A model generated the notes under the pieces. It saw nothing but the letters and a program-made list of their open reading frames with translations. It did no database searches and had not been told where the DNA came from. Position numbers and translations under genes: made by a program. A stretch of 64,000 nt of DNA from Prolixibacteraceae bacterium (GTDB lineage: Bacteria > Bacteroidota > Bacteroidia > Bacteroidales > Prolixibacteraceae), in contig CAXXHH010000008.1 of assembly GCA_963663005.2 (NCBI GenBank), positions 213,229 to 277,228 of the forward strand. The letters run 5' to 3'. Shown piece after piece: positions 9,330-17,228 of the stretch. How positions within the stretch are numbered: position 1 is the stretch's first letter; every line of letters begins with the position of its first letter.

Positions 9330-10772
9330 ATGCAAATCAATTATTTAAAAATCTATGCTCTGTTTTTCCTGCTCATGTTGTCGGCAGCAGGAATGGCAGA
9401 AGTTACCCTCCCGCTGTTTTTTAACAACAACATGGTTCTTCAGCAAGGAATTACCATCCCTGTCTGGGGCTGGGCAAAACCGGGAGAAAAAGTCACGGTA
9501 ACTCTGGATAAAAATGTCGTCAGTACCCGGACTGCCAAAACCGGTAAATGGCGCGTGAACCTCCCAAAGATGAATTACGGCGGCCCATACGTCCTGACCA
9601 TCAAGGGGAAAAATCTGGTTACCATAGAGAATGTTCTTATTGGCGAGGTTTGGGTATGCTCCGGCCAGTCAAACATGGAGTTCAAGGTATCTACCACGAA
9701 AAATGCCGAGGCCGAAATAGCTGCCGCCAACTATCCGGATATCCGATTGTTTACTGTCAAAAAAAGAGTCTCACAGCTTCCGCAGGATAAGCTCGATGAG
9801 GGATCATGGTCATTGTGCTCGCCGCAGACCGTTCCAGGGTTTTCGGCCGTAGGCTATTTCTTCGGAAGAAATTTGTACGAAAACCTGAAGGTTCCTATTG
9901 GCTTAATTCATACTTCATGGGGCGGCACTGTTGCCGAAACCTGGACGAGCGCCGAGACGATCTCGACGGATCCCGATTTTTCAGAATTGCTTCAAAAGCT
10001 GAAGACAGTTGACATGGCCACCGCAAAGGTTGCCCCCAATAACTACCCCACGCTGTTGTATAACGGAATGGTCAATCCATTGGTTCCTTATGCCATCAAA
10101 GGTGTAATCTGGTATCAGGGCGAATCAAACGCCTCCCGCGCCCAGCAATACAAAAGAGTCTTCTCAAACATGATCAAAGACTGGCGCACAAAATGGAATC
10201 AGGGAAATTTCCCCTTCCTTTTCGTGCAGCTTGCCAACTACAAAAAGCCGGTTACGGTACCTTCCAACAGTGAATGGGCCGAATTACGCGAAACCCAAAC
10301 GCAGACGCTGCAACTCGAGAACACCGGAATGGCGACCATCATCGACGCCGGAATGGCAGACAATATTCATCCGACAGACAAGCAAGTTGTAGGTTATCGT
10401 CTTTCGTTGGCTGCTCGTAAAGTGGCATATGGAGAATCGCTGGTTTACACAGGTCCGACCTACCGCGAAAAGAAAATCGACGGAAACAAAATTTATGTAA
10501 CTTTCGATAATGTTGGCAAGGGTCTAAAGGTGAATAATTTATACGGATACGTCAACGGGTTCAGCATTGCCGCTGATAATGGGGAATTCAAGTGGGCCAA
10601 GGCATCGGTGGTAAATCAGAATACAATCGTGGTCTCCAGTGAGTCGGTAGAAAAACCCTCTGATGTCAGATACGGATGGGCAGACAACCCCGACGATCTG
10701 AACCTGTACAACGCAGAAAATCTGCCTGCAAATCCGTTTAGAACGGACAAAAGACCGGGAATAACAAAATAA
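9330..10772 (+). CDS. Sialate O-acetylesterase family protein (SGNH-type carbohydrate esterase)
   Basis: GEVWVCSGQSNME, WYQGESN and QLANY blocks, plus a signal peptide. Confidence 0.85.
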   Translation: MQINYLKIYALFFLLMLSAAGMAEVTLPLFFNNNMVLQQGITIPVWGWAKPGEKVTVTLDKNVVSTRTAKTGKWRVNLPKMNYGGPYVLTIKGKNLVTIENVLIGEVWVCSGQSNMEFKVSTTKNAEAEIAAANYPDIRLFTVKKRVSQLPQDKLDEGSWSLCSPQTVPGFSAVGYFFGRNLYENLKVPIGLIHTSWGGTVAETWTSAETISTDPDFSELLQKLKTVDMATAKVAPNNYPTLLYNGMVNPLVPYAIKGVIWYQGESNASRAQQYKRVFSNMIKDWRTKWNQGNFPFLFVQLANYKKPVTVPSNSEWAELRETQTQTLQLENTGMATIIDAGMADNIHPTDKQVVGYRLSLAARKVAYGESLVYTGPTYREKKIDGNKIYVTFDNVGKGLKVNNLYGYVNGFSIAADNGEFKWAKASVVNQNTIVVSSESVEKPSDVRYGWADNPDDLNLYNAENLPANPFRTDKRPGITK

Positions 10773-10898
10773 AAAAAGATCAGCCAATTTTGATTTTACT
10801 TTTTTGGCTGATAACTGTCTATTAATTACTTTAGACGACAAGATTTGAACAAACTATATAGAATTAATAACCCCCGTAATGGGAATAAATTTAAAACC

Positions 10899-11636
10899 AT
10901 GAAGAGAAACATTTTTTTGACCATCACTTTGATTGCAGCCATGTTAATCGCTGCTCCCGCCTTTTCTCAAAAGGTGAATGAACTGACTAAAAAAGAGAAA
11001 AAAGAAGGCTGGACACTTTTATTCAATGGAAAAAATTTCGATGGCTGGAGACAGTGCAACGGAACCGTCATGCCCACCAACTGGGTTATTGAAGATGATG
11101 CGATGAAAGTCTTCACAGCACCCGACAAAAAACCCGGACAAGGTTCTAACGGTGACATCCTGTATCCTGGAAAGAAATACAAAAATTTCGAACTCACGAT
11201 CGACTGGAAAGCAAGCAAAGAAGCTAACTCAGGAATTTTCTACAACGTGAGAGAAGTTCCGGGCAAACCAATCTATTATGCTGCTCCTGAGATTCAAGTT
11301 CTCGACAATGTTGATGCTGGCGATAATAAACTGGCGAATCACCTTGCAGGTTCATTGTATGACATTCTTCCATGTGATCCAAAAACAGTAAATCCTGCCG
11401 GTCAGTGGAATACTTGCAAAGTTACCCTGAAAGATGGTGTTTGTGTACATTATATGAACGGCAAAGAGGTTGTTAAATACACCTTGTGGACTCCTGAATG
11501 GGATGCAATGGTAGCCAAGAGCAAATTCAAATCATTCCCAGGCTGGACTGAAGGAATTGCGAAAGAAGGCTTCATCGGTCTGCAGGATCACGGATACGCT
11601 GTTTGGTTCCGTAACATCAAAATTCGCGAGCTCTAG
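10899..11636 (+). CDS. DUF1080 (3-keto-disaccharide hydrolase domain) protein, secreted
   Basis: ATG at 10899 gives the signal peptide MKRNIFLTITLIAAMLIAAPAFS. GWRQ..NWVIEDD, NSGIFY, EIQVLD, GLQDHG..VWFRNIKI are characteristic of DUF1080. Confidence 0.85.
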   Translation: MKRNIFLTITLIAAMLIAAPAFSQKVNELTKKEKKEGWTLLFNGKNFDGWRQCNGTVMPTNWVIEDDAMKVFTAPDKKPGQGSNGDILYPGKKYKNFELTIDWKASKEANSGIFYNVREVPGKPIYYAAPEIQVLDNVDAGDNKLANHLAGSLYDILPCDPKTVNPAGQWNTCKVTLKDGVCVHYMNGKEVVKYTLWTPEWDAMVAKSKFKSFPGWTEGIAKEGFIGLQDHGYAVWFRNIKIREL

Positions 11637-11665
11637 AAATCAGCTCTTTTTGACCCTAACACAAA

Positions 11666-11701
11666 ATGCCTCAAATAGTAATTTATTTGGGGCATTTTTT
11701 C
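11666..11701 (+). terminator. Rho-independent terminator after the DUF1080 gene
   Basis: Stem ATGCCTCAAA/TTTGGGGCAT (11666-11675 / 11686-11695, one U-G pair) followed by TTTTTT. The track ORF start at 11666 lies inside this hairpin. Confidence 0.6.
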
Positions 11702-11722
11702 AGGAATAAAAACATATCCATC

Positions 11723-12643
11723 ATGCATCTTCGTAATTTTTTGATCTTTTCATCCCTGGCACTCGTTTCCTGCTCCACAAACCCTGCAAATAAACCTCAA
11801 CCCAAAGTGGAGAAAACGGATCCTGTCAAAAGTTCGGAATCCATTCAGACTGTCACAAAACGGGAAATGGTTTCGTTTGAAGGCGGCGCTTTCACCATGG
11901 GGTCTTCGGATGGACCGAATCAGGAGCAGCCTGCCCATCGTGTCGAAGTCAAGCCATTCAGCATCGACAAATATCCCGTCACGGTTGCTGATTTCCGCAG
12001 ATTCATCGAGGCAACGGGTCACAAGACCGACGCCGAGAAATTTGGAGATTCAGGCGTTTTCGATTTCGCCACTTCGGCCTGGACGCTAAAACCCGGGGCT
12101 ACCTGGCAATATCCGATGGGAAAAAATACTGCCCGTGCGGAGGACAACTTACCCGTCACGCAGGTTAGCTGGTATGATGCAAATGCCTATGCCGCGTGGG
12201 AAGGAAAGCGACTACCGTCGGAAGCCGAATGGGAATTTGCAGCCCGCTGCGGAGGTTCAGGCACCAGCCGCTTTAGCTGGGGCGACAACCTGGTCGTGAA
12301 TGGGAAATATCAGGCCAACGTCTGGCAAGGAACCGATGTCTCGGCAAAACAGGGTGACGATGGATTTGTACTCACATCACCGGTAGGATATTATGGATTG
12401 ACGAAATGCGGCCTGGCCGATATGGGCGGAAACGTATGGAACTGGTGCGCTGATGTTTATAAGCTCTATCCCGGAAATAACGCTCCCTTTCAGGAAAATC
12501 CGGATTTGAAAGTTATTCGCGGAGGTTCTTTCTTTTTCGACCAAAACGGTGAAAAGAGCTATACAGTCAGCGGGAGGGCATTCAATACACAGGAAACCTC
12601 GCTTTTTAATACCGGATTCAGATGCGCAAAAGATGGAAAATAA
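11723..12643 (+). CDS. FGE-fold (SUMF1/EgtB/PvdO family) lipoprotein lacking the catalytic Cys pair
   Basis: ATG at 11723 gives the lipobox MHLRNFLIFSSLALVSCS. FGE-domain blocks are present (RLPSEAEWEFAARCGG, GNVWNWCADVY, IRGGSFF). The region after RGGS reads FFFDQNGEKSYTVSGRAF, with no Cys. Confidence 0.85.
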   Translation: MHLRNFLIFSSLALVSCSTNPANKPQPKVEKTDPVKSSESIQTVTKREMVSFEGGAFTMGSSDGPNQEQPAHRVEVKPFSIDKYPVTVADFRRFIEATGHKTDAEKFGDSGVFDFATSAWTLKPGATWQYPMGKNTARAEDNLPVTQVSWYDANAYAAWEGKRLPSEAEWEFAARCGGSGTSRFSWGDNLVVNGKYQANVWQGTDVSAKQGDDGFVLTSPVGYYGLTKCGLADMGGNVWNWCADVYKLYPGNNAPFQENPDLKVIRGGSFFFDQNGEKSYTVSGRAFNTQETSLFNTGFRCAKDGK

Positions 12644-12883
12644 TAATTTTTAGGTCATTATGCCCTGAATAAAATATTTTTCTAAATTTGGCGGTCATTA
12701 TTGAGTAAATCTCCTTAAAACAACAACTAAACAATGATCAAAACGGCTTGAAAAGCAGATCCTTTTCCTGCGGGCTGGGATCAGAACAGTTCAGAATGGA
12801 TTTTTCTTTAAATGACGAAAAAATTTGTACTCCATATGTATTTCTTTTTTAATAAGATAACGGTCAGAAAAATAATTTTCAGG

Positions 12884-14416
12884 ATGAAATTTAGCAATTT
12901 GTTCAATGGTAAAAAATCCAAATTTTGGTTGGTTGGCTTAGGTATTTTGCTCTGTGCTTTCTTTATTTTTTCCTTCAATCTGGTTTCAAATTATACCTCC
13001 TCAGACAAATATTGTGTCTCCTGCCATATTCATCCTGTTCAGGATCAGAACTGGCGACTATCCGAGCACTACAATAATAAATCGGGTTTTGTGACTCACT
13101 GCGTGGAGTGTCACCTTCCTCCCAAAGGTCACGGATACATTCCGGCGAAAGCCTGGCACGGCGCCAAGGACATCTACGGAAAACTTTTTAAAGACAGTGC
13201 CTCGTTCGACTGGGAAGCAAAGAAATCGCTCGAAAATGCAAAAAAATACGTCTACGAATCATCCTGTATCAAGTGCCATCAAAACCTTTTCCCTGCTACT
13301 CTTTCTGTGAATGGCAGCAATGCCCACCTGCAATATATCAACAGCAAGGATATTCCAAAACCAAATTGTATCAACTGCCACCTCAACGTCGGACATTACG
13401 ACAAGAACAATCTCCACGCCCACAATGCCAGTTTTGGAGTAACCGAAACAGTGGCTAAAGAGCTTTTCTCCGAACCGGCCAAAGTTGACAAATTCGAAAA
13501 TTTTGCCGAGAAAGTACCTGGAACGACCCTTTCGTTCGATATGGTAGCAATTCCCGAAGGAACATTTGAGATGGGAAGTCCTGAAAATGAGGAGCTGCGC
13601 AAGCCCGACGAAGGACCTGTACGCAAAGTCCACCTTACAAAATTCTGGATGGGCAAAGCTGAAGTTAGCTGGGAAGAATACCTCGAATTTTTCAAGGCAA
13701 CTGCCTCTCAGGGTCGCAAAGAAGCCGTCGCTGTTCAGCCAGTTACCGATGCGATAACCGGCCCGACTCCGCCATGGGGAGCCCCCGATCAAGGCTGGGG
13801 AAAGGGAACACGCCCTGCCATTACTATGTCGTGGAAAGCGGCAAGCACCTATTGCCTTTGGCTTTCCAAAAAAACCGGAAAGAAATACCGCCTGCCTACG
13901 GAGGCTGAATGGGAATATGCCTGCCGCGGCGGTTCAAAGGATCCTTACTTCTTCCCGGGAAATCCGAAGAAATTTACCTCTGCGGGTATGATGAAGAAAA
14001 TTTTTGGTCCGGACACCACCATGATAAACTCATATGTTATCTACAAGGTGAACAGTCAGTCGAAAACGCGTGAACCCGGTTCCGTAAAAGCAAATCCGTT
14101 CGGATTGAAAAATATGCTGGGCAACGTTGCGGAGTTTTGCTCCGACTTTTATGCCCCAAACAGTTATAAAACCGCATCAGGCGATCTGCTCAACAACCCT
14201 ACCGGTCCGGAGAATGGACAGGAACATGTGATCCGCGGCGGTTCATTCAAGAGCGATGCCAAGGATGTCAGAAGCGCCGCGCGCGATTTCACCAAAACAA
14301 AGGCGTGGCTGATGACTGACCCACAGATGCCGAAGAGTATCTGGTGGTATTCGGATAGTAATGACGTTGGTTTCAGAGTTGTTTGTGAGGCCGACTCTAC
14401 TCTTTCAGGAAAGTGA
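12884..14416 (+). CDS. Fusion protein: membrane-anchored NapC/NirT/NrfH-type tetrahaem cytochrome c plus C-terminal FGE-fold domain
   Basis: ATG at 12884 (MKFSNLF..), one TM helix, and four CxxCH motifs (CVSCH 13013, CVECH 13100, CIKCH 13265, CINCH 13367). From about nt 13523 an FGE-like domain follows (RLPTEAEWEYACRGG, GNVAEFCSDFY, IRGGSFKSD). Confidence 0.85.
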   Translation: MKFSNLFNGKKSKFWLVGLGILLCAFFIFSFNLVSNYTSSDKYCVSCHIHPVQDQNWRLSEHYNNKSGFVTHCVECHLPPKGHGYIPAKAWHGAKDIYGKLFKDSASFDWEAKKSLENAKKYVYESSCIKCHQNLFPATLSVNGSNAHLQYINSKDIPKPNCINCHLNVGHYDKNNLHAHNASFGVTETVAKELFSEPAKVDKFENFAEKVPGTTLSFDMVAIPEGTFEMGSPENEELRKPDEGPVRKVHLTKFWMGKAEVSWEEYLEFFKATASQGRKEAVAVQPVTDAITGPTPPWGAPDQGWGKGTRPAITMSWKAASTYCLWLSKKTGKKYRLPTEAEWEYACRGGSKDPYFFPGNPKKFTSAGMMKKIFGPDTTMINSYVIYKVNSQSKTREPGSVKANPFGLKNMLGNVAEFCSDFYAPNSYKTASGDLLNNPTGPENGQEHVIRGGSFKSDAKDVRSAARDFTKTKAWLMTDPQMPKSIWWYSDSNDVGFRVVCEADSTLSGK

Positions 14417-14443
14417 AAATTGAATAGCGATACGAGAAAAAAA

Positions 14444-15787
14444 ATGGAAAAGAAAAATATCGACAGAAGAAAATTTTTGGGAGCCGGTGTCCTTGCCGGA
14501 GTATCGGTTATTGGCGCCAATGCGCTGCTCTCATCATGCAAACAAGAAGCTACTAACGCCTCCCTCGGACTTCCACCCATCTTGAAAGGTGCGCCAAAAG
14601 GGAAAAAGCTTCGTGCCGGATTGGTTGGTGCCGGAAACCGGGGTACCGGGGCGGCTATTAACTTTATCAGCGCTGGTCCTGATCTCGAAATCATCGCAGT
14701 TTGCGATGTCTTTCAAGACAAAATTGATGCTTTCCGCGAGCGTTTCAAATCTTTCAATTTGGAAATCCCGGAGAAGAACTGTTTCGCCGGATTCGATGGA
14801 TACAAAAAAATGATGGCTCTGGAAGATTTGGATGTTGTTCTGTTGGCAACCCCTCCCCGCTTTCGCCCCGAACATTTTCTGGAAGCTATCCAAAATAAAA
14901 AACATGTCTTCATGGAGAAACCGGCCGCCGTCGACCCTGTCGGTATCCGGTCGGTGATTGCTACCGCGAAAAAAGCTGAAGCGCTTGGACTATGTGTCGT
15001 TACAGGCACCCAGCGCCGGCACCAGGAAGATTATATTGAGACCTATAAACGGGTTCAGGCCGGCGCAATAGGAAGGCTCACATCCGCTAAAGCATTCTGG
15101 AACCAGGAGCATGTCTGGTTTCGTACCCGCGAAGAGGGGTGGGACGATATGACCTACATGATGCGCAACTGGAACAATTTCTGCTGGCTATGCGGCGATC
15201 ATATCCTCGATACGCACGTTCACAACATTGATGTGGTGAATTGGTTCATGGGTAAGACTCCTATCCGCGCAATCGGCAACGGTGGTCGTCACCGCCGCGT
15301 TACGGGCGACCAGTACGACTATTTCAATATCGACTTCGATTATGGCAATGGCGTCAGCTCTCACAGCTACTGCCGCCAGATCGACAGTTGCGCCAATGGA
15401 ACCGGCGAGCTGGTAATGGGTACCGAAGGCTATACCAACTGCGTTAACACCATCTGGGATCTTAACGGAAAAATAAAATGGCAGTTCGAATATCCCAAAG
15501 ATGAAAATGGGAATACCATGAGTCAACTCAAAATACCTGCCTACGTTCAGGAGCACATGCACCTGGTTCATGCCATCCGAAAAAACGAGTACGTGAACCA
15601 GGCCGAACAGACAGCCCTTTCCACCCTCACCGCGATTATGGGCAGAACAGCGGCCTACACCGGACAAATGGTGACCTGGGAGGAAATAATGAAATCGGAT
15701 ATGCAACTCGGACCAAAAGAAATGGTATTCGGTCCGGTGGATATGAAATTCGATGTACCACTTCCCGGCACCCCTCCAAACGTCTAA
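14444..15787 (+). CDS. Gfo/Idh/MocA family oxidoreductase with Tat signal
   Basis: MEKKNIDRRKFLGAG signal, Rossmann motif GLVGAGNRGTG, and the EKP motif (FMEKPAAVD). The ATG at 14444 is preferred over the TTG at 14420. Confidence 0.9.
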   Translation: MEKKNIDRRKFLGAGVLAGVSVIGANALLSSCKQEATNASLGLPPILKGAPKGKKLRAGLVGAGNRGTGAAINFISAGPDLEIIAVCDVFQDKIDAFRERFKSFNLEIPEKNCFAGFDGYKKMMALEDLDVVLLATPPRFRPEHFLEAIQNKKHVFMEKPAAVDPVGIRSVIATAKKAEALGLCVVTGTQRRHQEDYIETYKRVQAGAIGRLTSAKAFWNQEHVWFRTREEGWDDMTYMMRNWNNFCWLCGDHILDTHVHNIDVVNWFMGKTPIRAIGNGGRHRRVTGDQYDYFNIDFDYGNGVSSHSYCRQIDSCANGTGELVMGTEGYTNCVNTIWDLNGKIKWQFEYPKDENGNTMSQLKIPAYVQEHMHLVHAIRKNEYVNQAEQTALSTLTAIMGRTAAYTGQMVTWEEIMKSDMQLGPKEMVFGPVDMKFDVPLPGTPPNV

Positions 15788-15813
15788 AACTATTTTTTGG
15801 CGGTGTGAGTGCA

Positions 15814-15850
15814 CCCCAATCCAAAATCCAAAATTGAAAATCCAAAATTT
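15814..15850. repeat. Period-8 CCAAAATC-type intergenic repeat, copy 1
   Basis: The sequence is CCCCAATCCAAAATCCAAAATTGAAAATCCAAAATTT. It is near-identical to the copy at 25084-25119. A 12-nt direct repeat ACTTTTCACTTA x2 follows at 15867-15892. Confidence 0.8.
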
Positions 15851-15902
15851 TTCTTTTTCTCCTTCCACTTTTCACTTAAAACTTTTCACTTAATTAAAAA
15901 AA

Positions 15903-17219
15903 ATGATTACTAACTCAAACAGAAGGGCTTTTTTGAAAAAATCAGCGGTTGCTTCTGTGGGAACGATGATTCTTCCACAGATCATTCCCTCTACCGCTTT
16001 GGGCATGGGTGGCAGGTTAGCTCCAAGCAACCGGCTCGTCATGGGACAAATCGGTACCGGATCTCAGGGTAAAAGCAACATGCGCGACTTCCTCAAACTG
16101 AACAAAGAAGTACAGTTTGTAGCCGTTTGTGACGTGGATGCCAACAACTTACAACAGGCGAAAGAGCTGGCAAACAAGGCCTATGCCGACAACGGATGCC
16201 GCACTTATGTCGATTTTCGCGAATTCCTTGACAAAGAGAAACTGGATGCCGTCTCCATTGCGCTACCAGACCATTGGCACGGAATTATCTATTCCGCCGC
16301 TGCTGAAAAGAAGGTACATGTCTATGGCGAAAAACCAATCTGCCGCACAATTCGTGATGGCCAAACTATCGTGAAAGCCGTACAAAAAAACAATATCATC
16401 TGGCAAACGGGAAGCTGGCAAAGATCGAACGCCAATTTCCATAGAGGCGCCGAGCTGGCTATCAATGGCCGAATCGGTAAGATTCACCTGATCGAAGCCG
16501 GACTTCCAAACGGAGGAAAAGGAATTGGTACACCTCCGATACAGGAAATTCCGAAAGAACTGAATTGGGATATGTGGTTAGGACCTGCTCCCAAAGTTGC
16601 TTACCGCGGTGTTAGTCACTGGAACTGGCGATGGATCCTTGAATATTCCGGCGGACAACTAACCGACTGGGCCGGCCACCATATAGACATCGCAAACTGG
16701 GGCGCCGGACTAGAGCATACCGGACCCGTCGAAATTGTTGGCGAAGGTGTTTACCCAAGAGAAGGTATTTACAATGTTCCCGTCGAGTACGACTTCCTGT
16801 GCACCTATGCCAACGGAATCAAAATGAGGGTGGCAAATGAGGCACGCTTCGAAAAAGGATCCGGTACCACCTGGTACGGAGATAAAGGCTGGATACACGT
16901 CAATCGTGGTAACGTGCTGGAAGCTTCCGATCCGAAGATCCTGAAGGAAGTAATCGGCGCCAAAGAAATCCAACTGATAAAGAGCGACAACCACTGGCAA
17001 AATTTTGTCGACAACGTCCGCGCAGGTTCAAAAAAGACCATCGCCCCGATTGAAGTTGCTTATCGTGCCATCTCTGTCGCGCTCTTAGGTGAAATCGCCA
17101 TGCAGACCGGTCAAAAAATCAAGTGGGATCCTAAGAAGGAAGAAATCATCGGCAACCCAATGGCAGCCCGTTTGCTCGATCGTCCCTATCGTCAACCATG
17201 GCAATTACCAACTATTTAA
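15903..17219 (+). CDS. Gfo/Idh/MocA family oxidoreductase with Tat signal (second paralogue)
   Basis: MITNSNRRAFLKKSAVASVG signal, GQIGTGSQGKSN Rossmann motif, YGEKPICRT. Confidence 0.9.
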   Translation: MITNSNRRAFLKKSAVASVGTMILPQIIPSTALGMGGRLAPSNRLVMGQIGTGSQGKSNMRDFLKLNKEVQFVAVCDVDANNLQQAKELANKAYADNGCRTYVDFREFLDKEKLDAVSIALPDHWHGIIYSAAAEKKVHVYGEKPICRTIRDGQTIVKAVQKNNIIWQTGSWQRSNANFHRGAELAINGRIGKIHLIEAGLPNGGKGIGTPPIQEIPKELNWDMWLGPAPKVAYRGVSHWNWRWILEYSGGQLTDWAGHHIDIANWGAGLEHTGPVEIVGEGVYPREGIYNVPVEYDFLCTYANGIKMRVANEARFEKGSGTTWYGDKGWIHVNRGNVLEASDPKILKEVIGAKEIQLIKSDNHWQNFVDNVRAGSKKTIAPIEVAYRAISVALLGEIAMQTGQKIKWDPKKEEIIGNPMAARLLDRPYRQPWQLPTI

Positions 17220-17228
17220 TCCAAGCAC

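Noticed and set aside
10779-10812. Hairpin ATCAGCCAA/TTGGCTGAT after the sialate O-acetylesterase gene as a terminator
   Set aside because: The 9-bp stem has a 16-nt loop and no downstream T-run on the plus strand, so it is weak. It is left unannotated.
11723-14416. FGE-family genes as maturation enzymes for the nearby sulfatase (6093-7520)
   Set aside because: Both FGE-fold proteins lack the two catalytic cysteines after the RGGS block. The sulfatase signature is Ser-type (SAPSR), which FGE cannot oxidise. The genes are also in a different transcription unit.
15188-15868. 226-aa and 79-aa minus-strand ORFs antisense to the first Gfo/Idh/MocA gene. Similar long antisense ORFs lie at 13259-13792, 14164-14694, 24219-24734, 38967-39506 and 39476-39985.
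   Set aside because: They lie entirely opposite well-supported genes in the GC-richer arm and have no recognisable motifs. Some run into the simple repeats (translations such as KFWIFNFGFWIG). They are shadow ORFs of the kind expected by chance.
15814-15892. Period-8 repeats as a CRISPR array or minisatellite
   Set aside because: The units are only 8 nt with no spacers, each array is under 40 nt, and no cas genes are present. The tracts are too short and degenerate for a CRISPR array.
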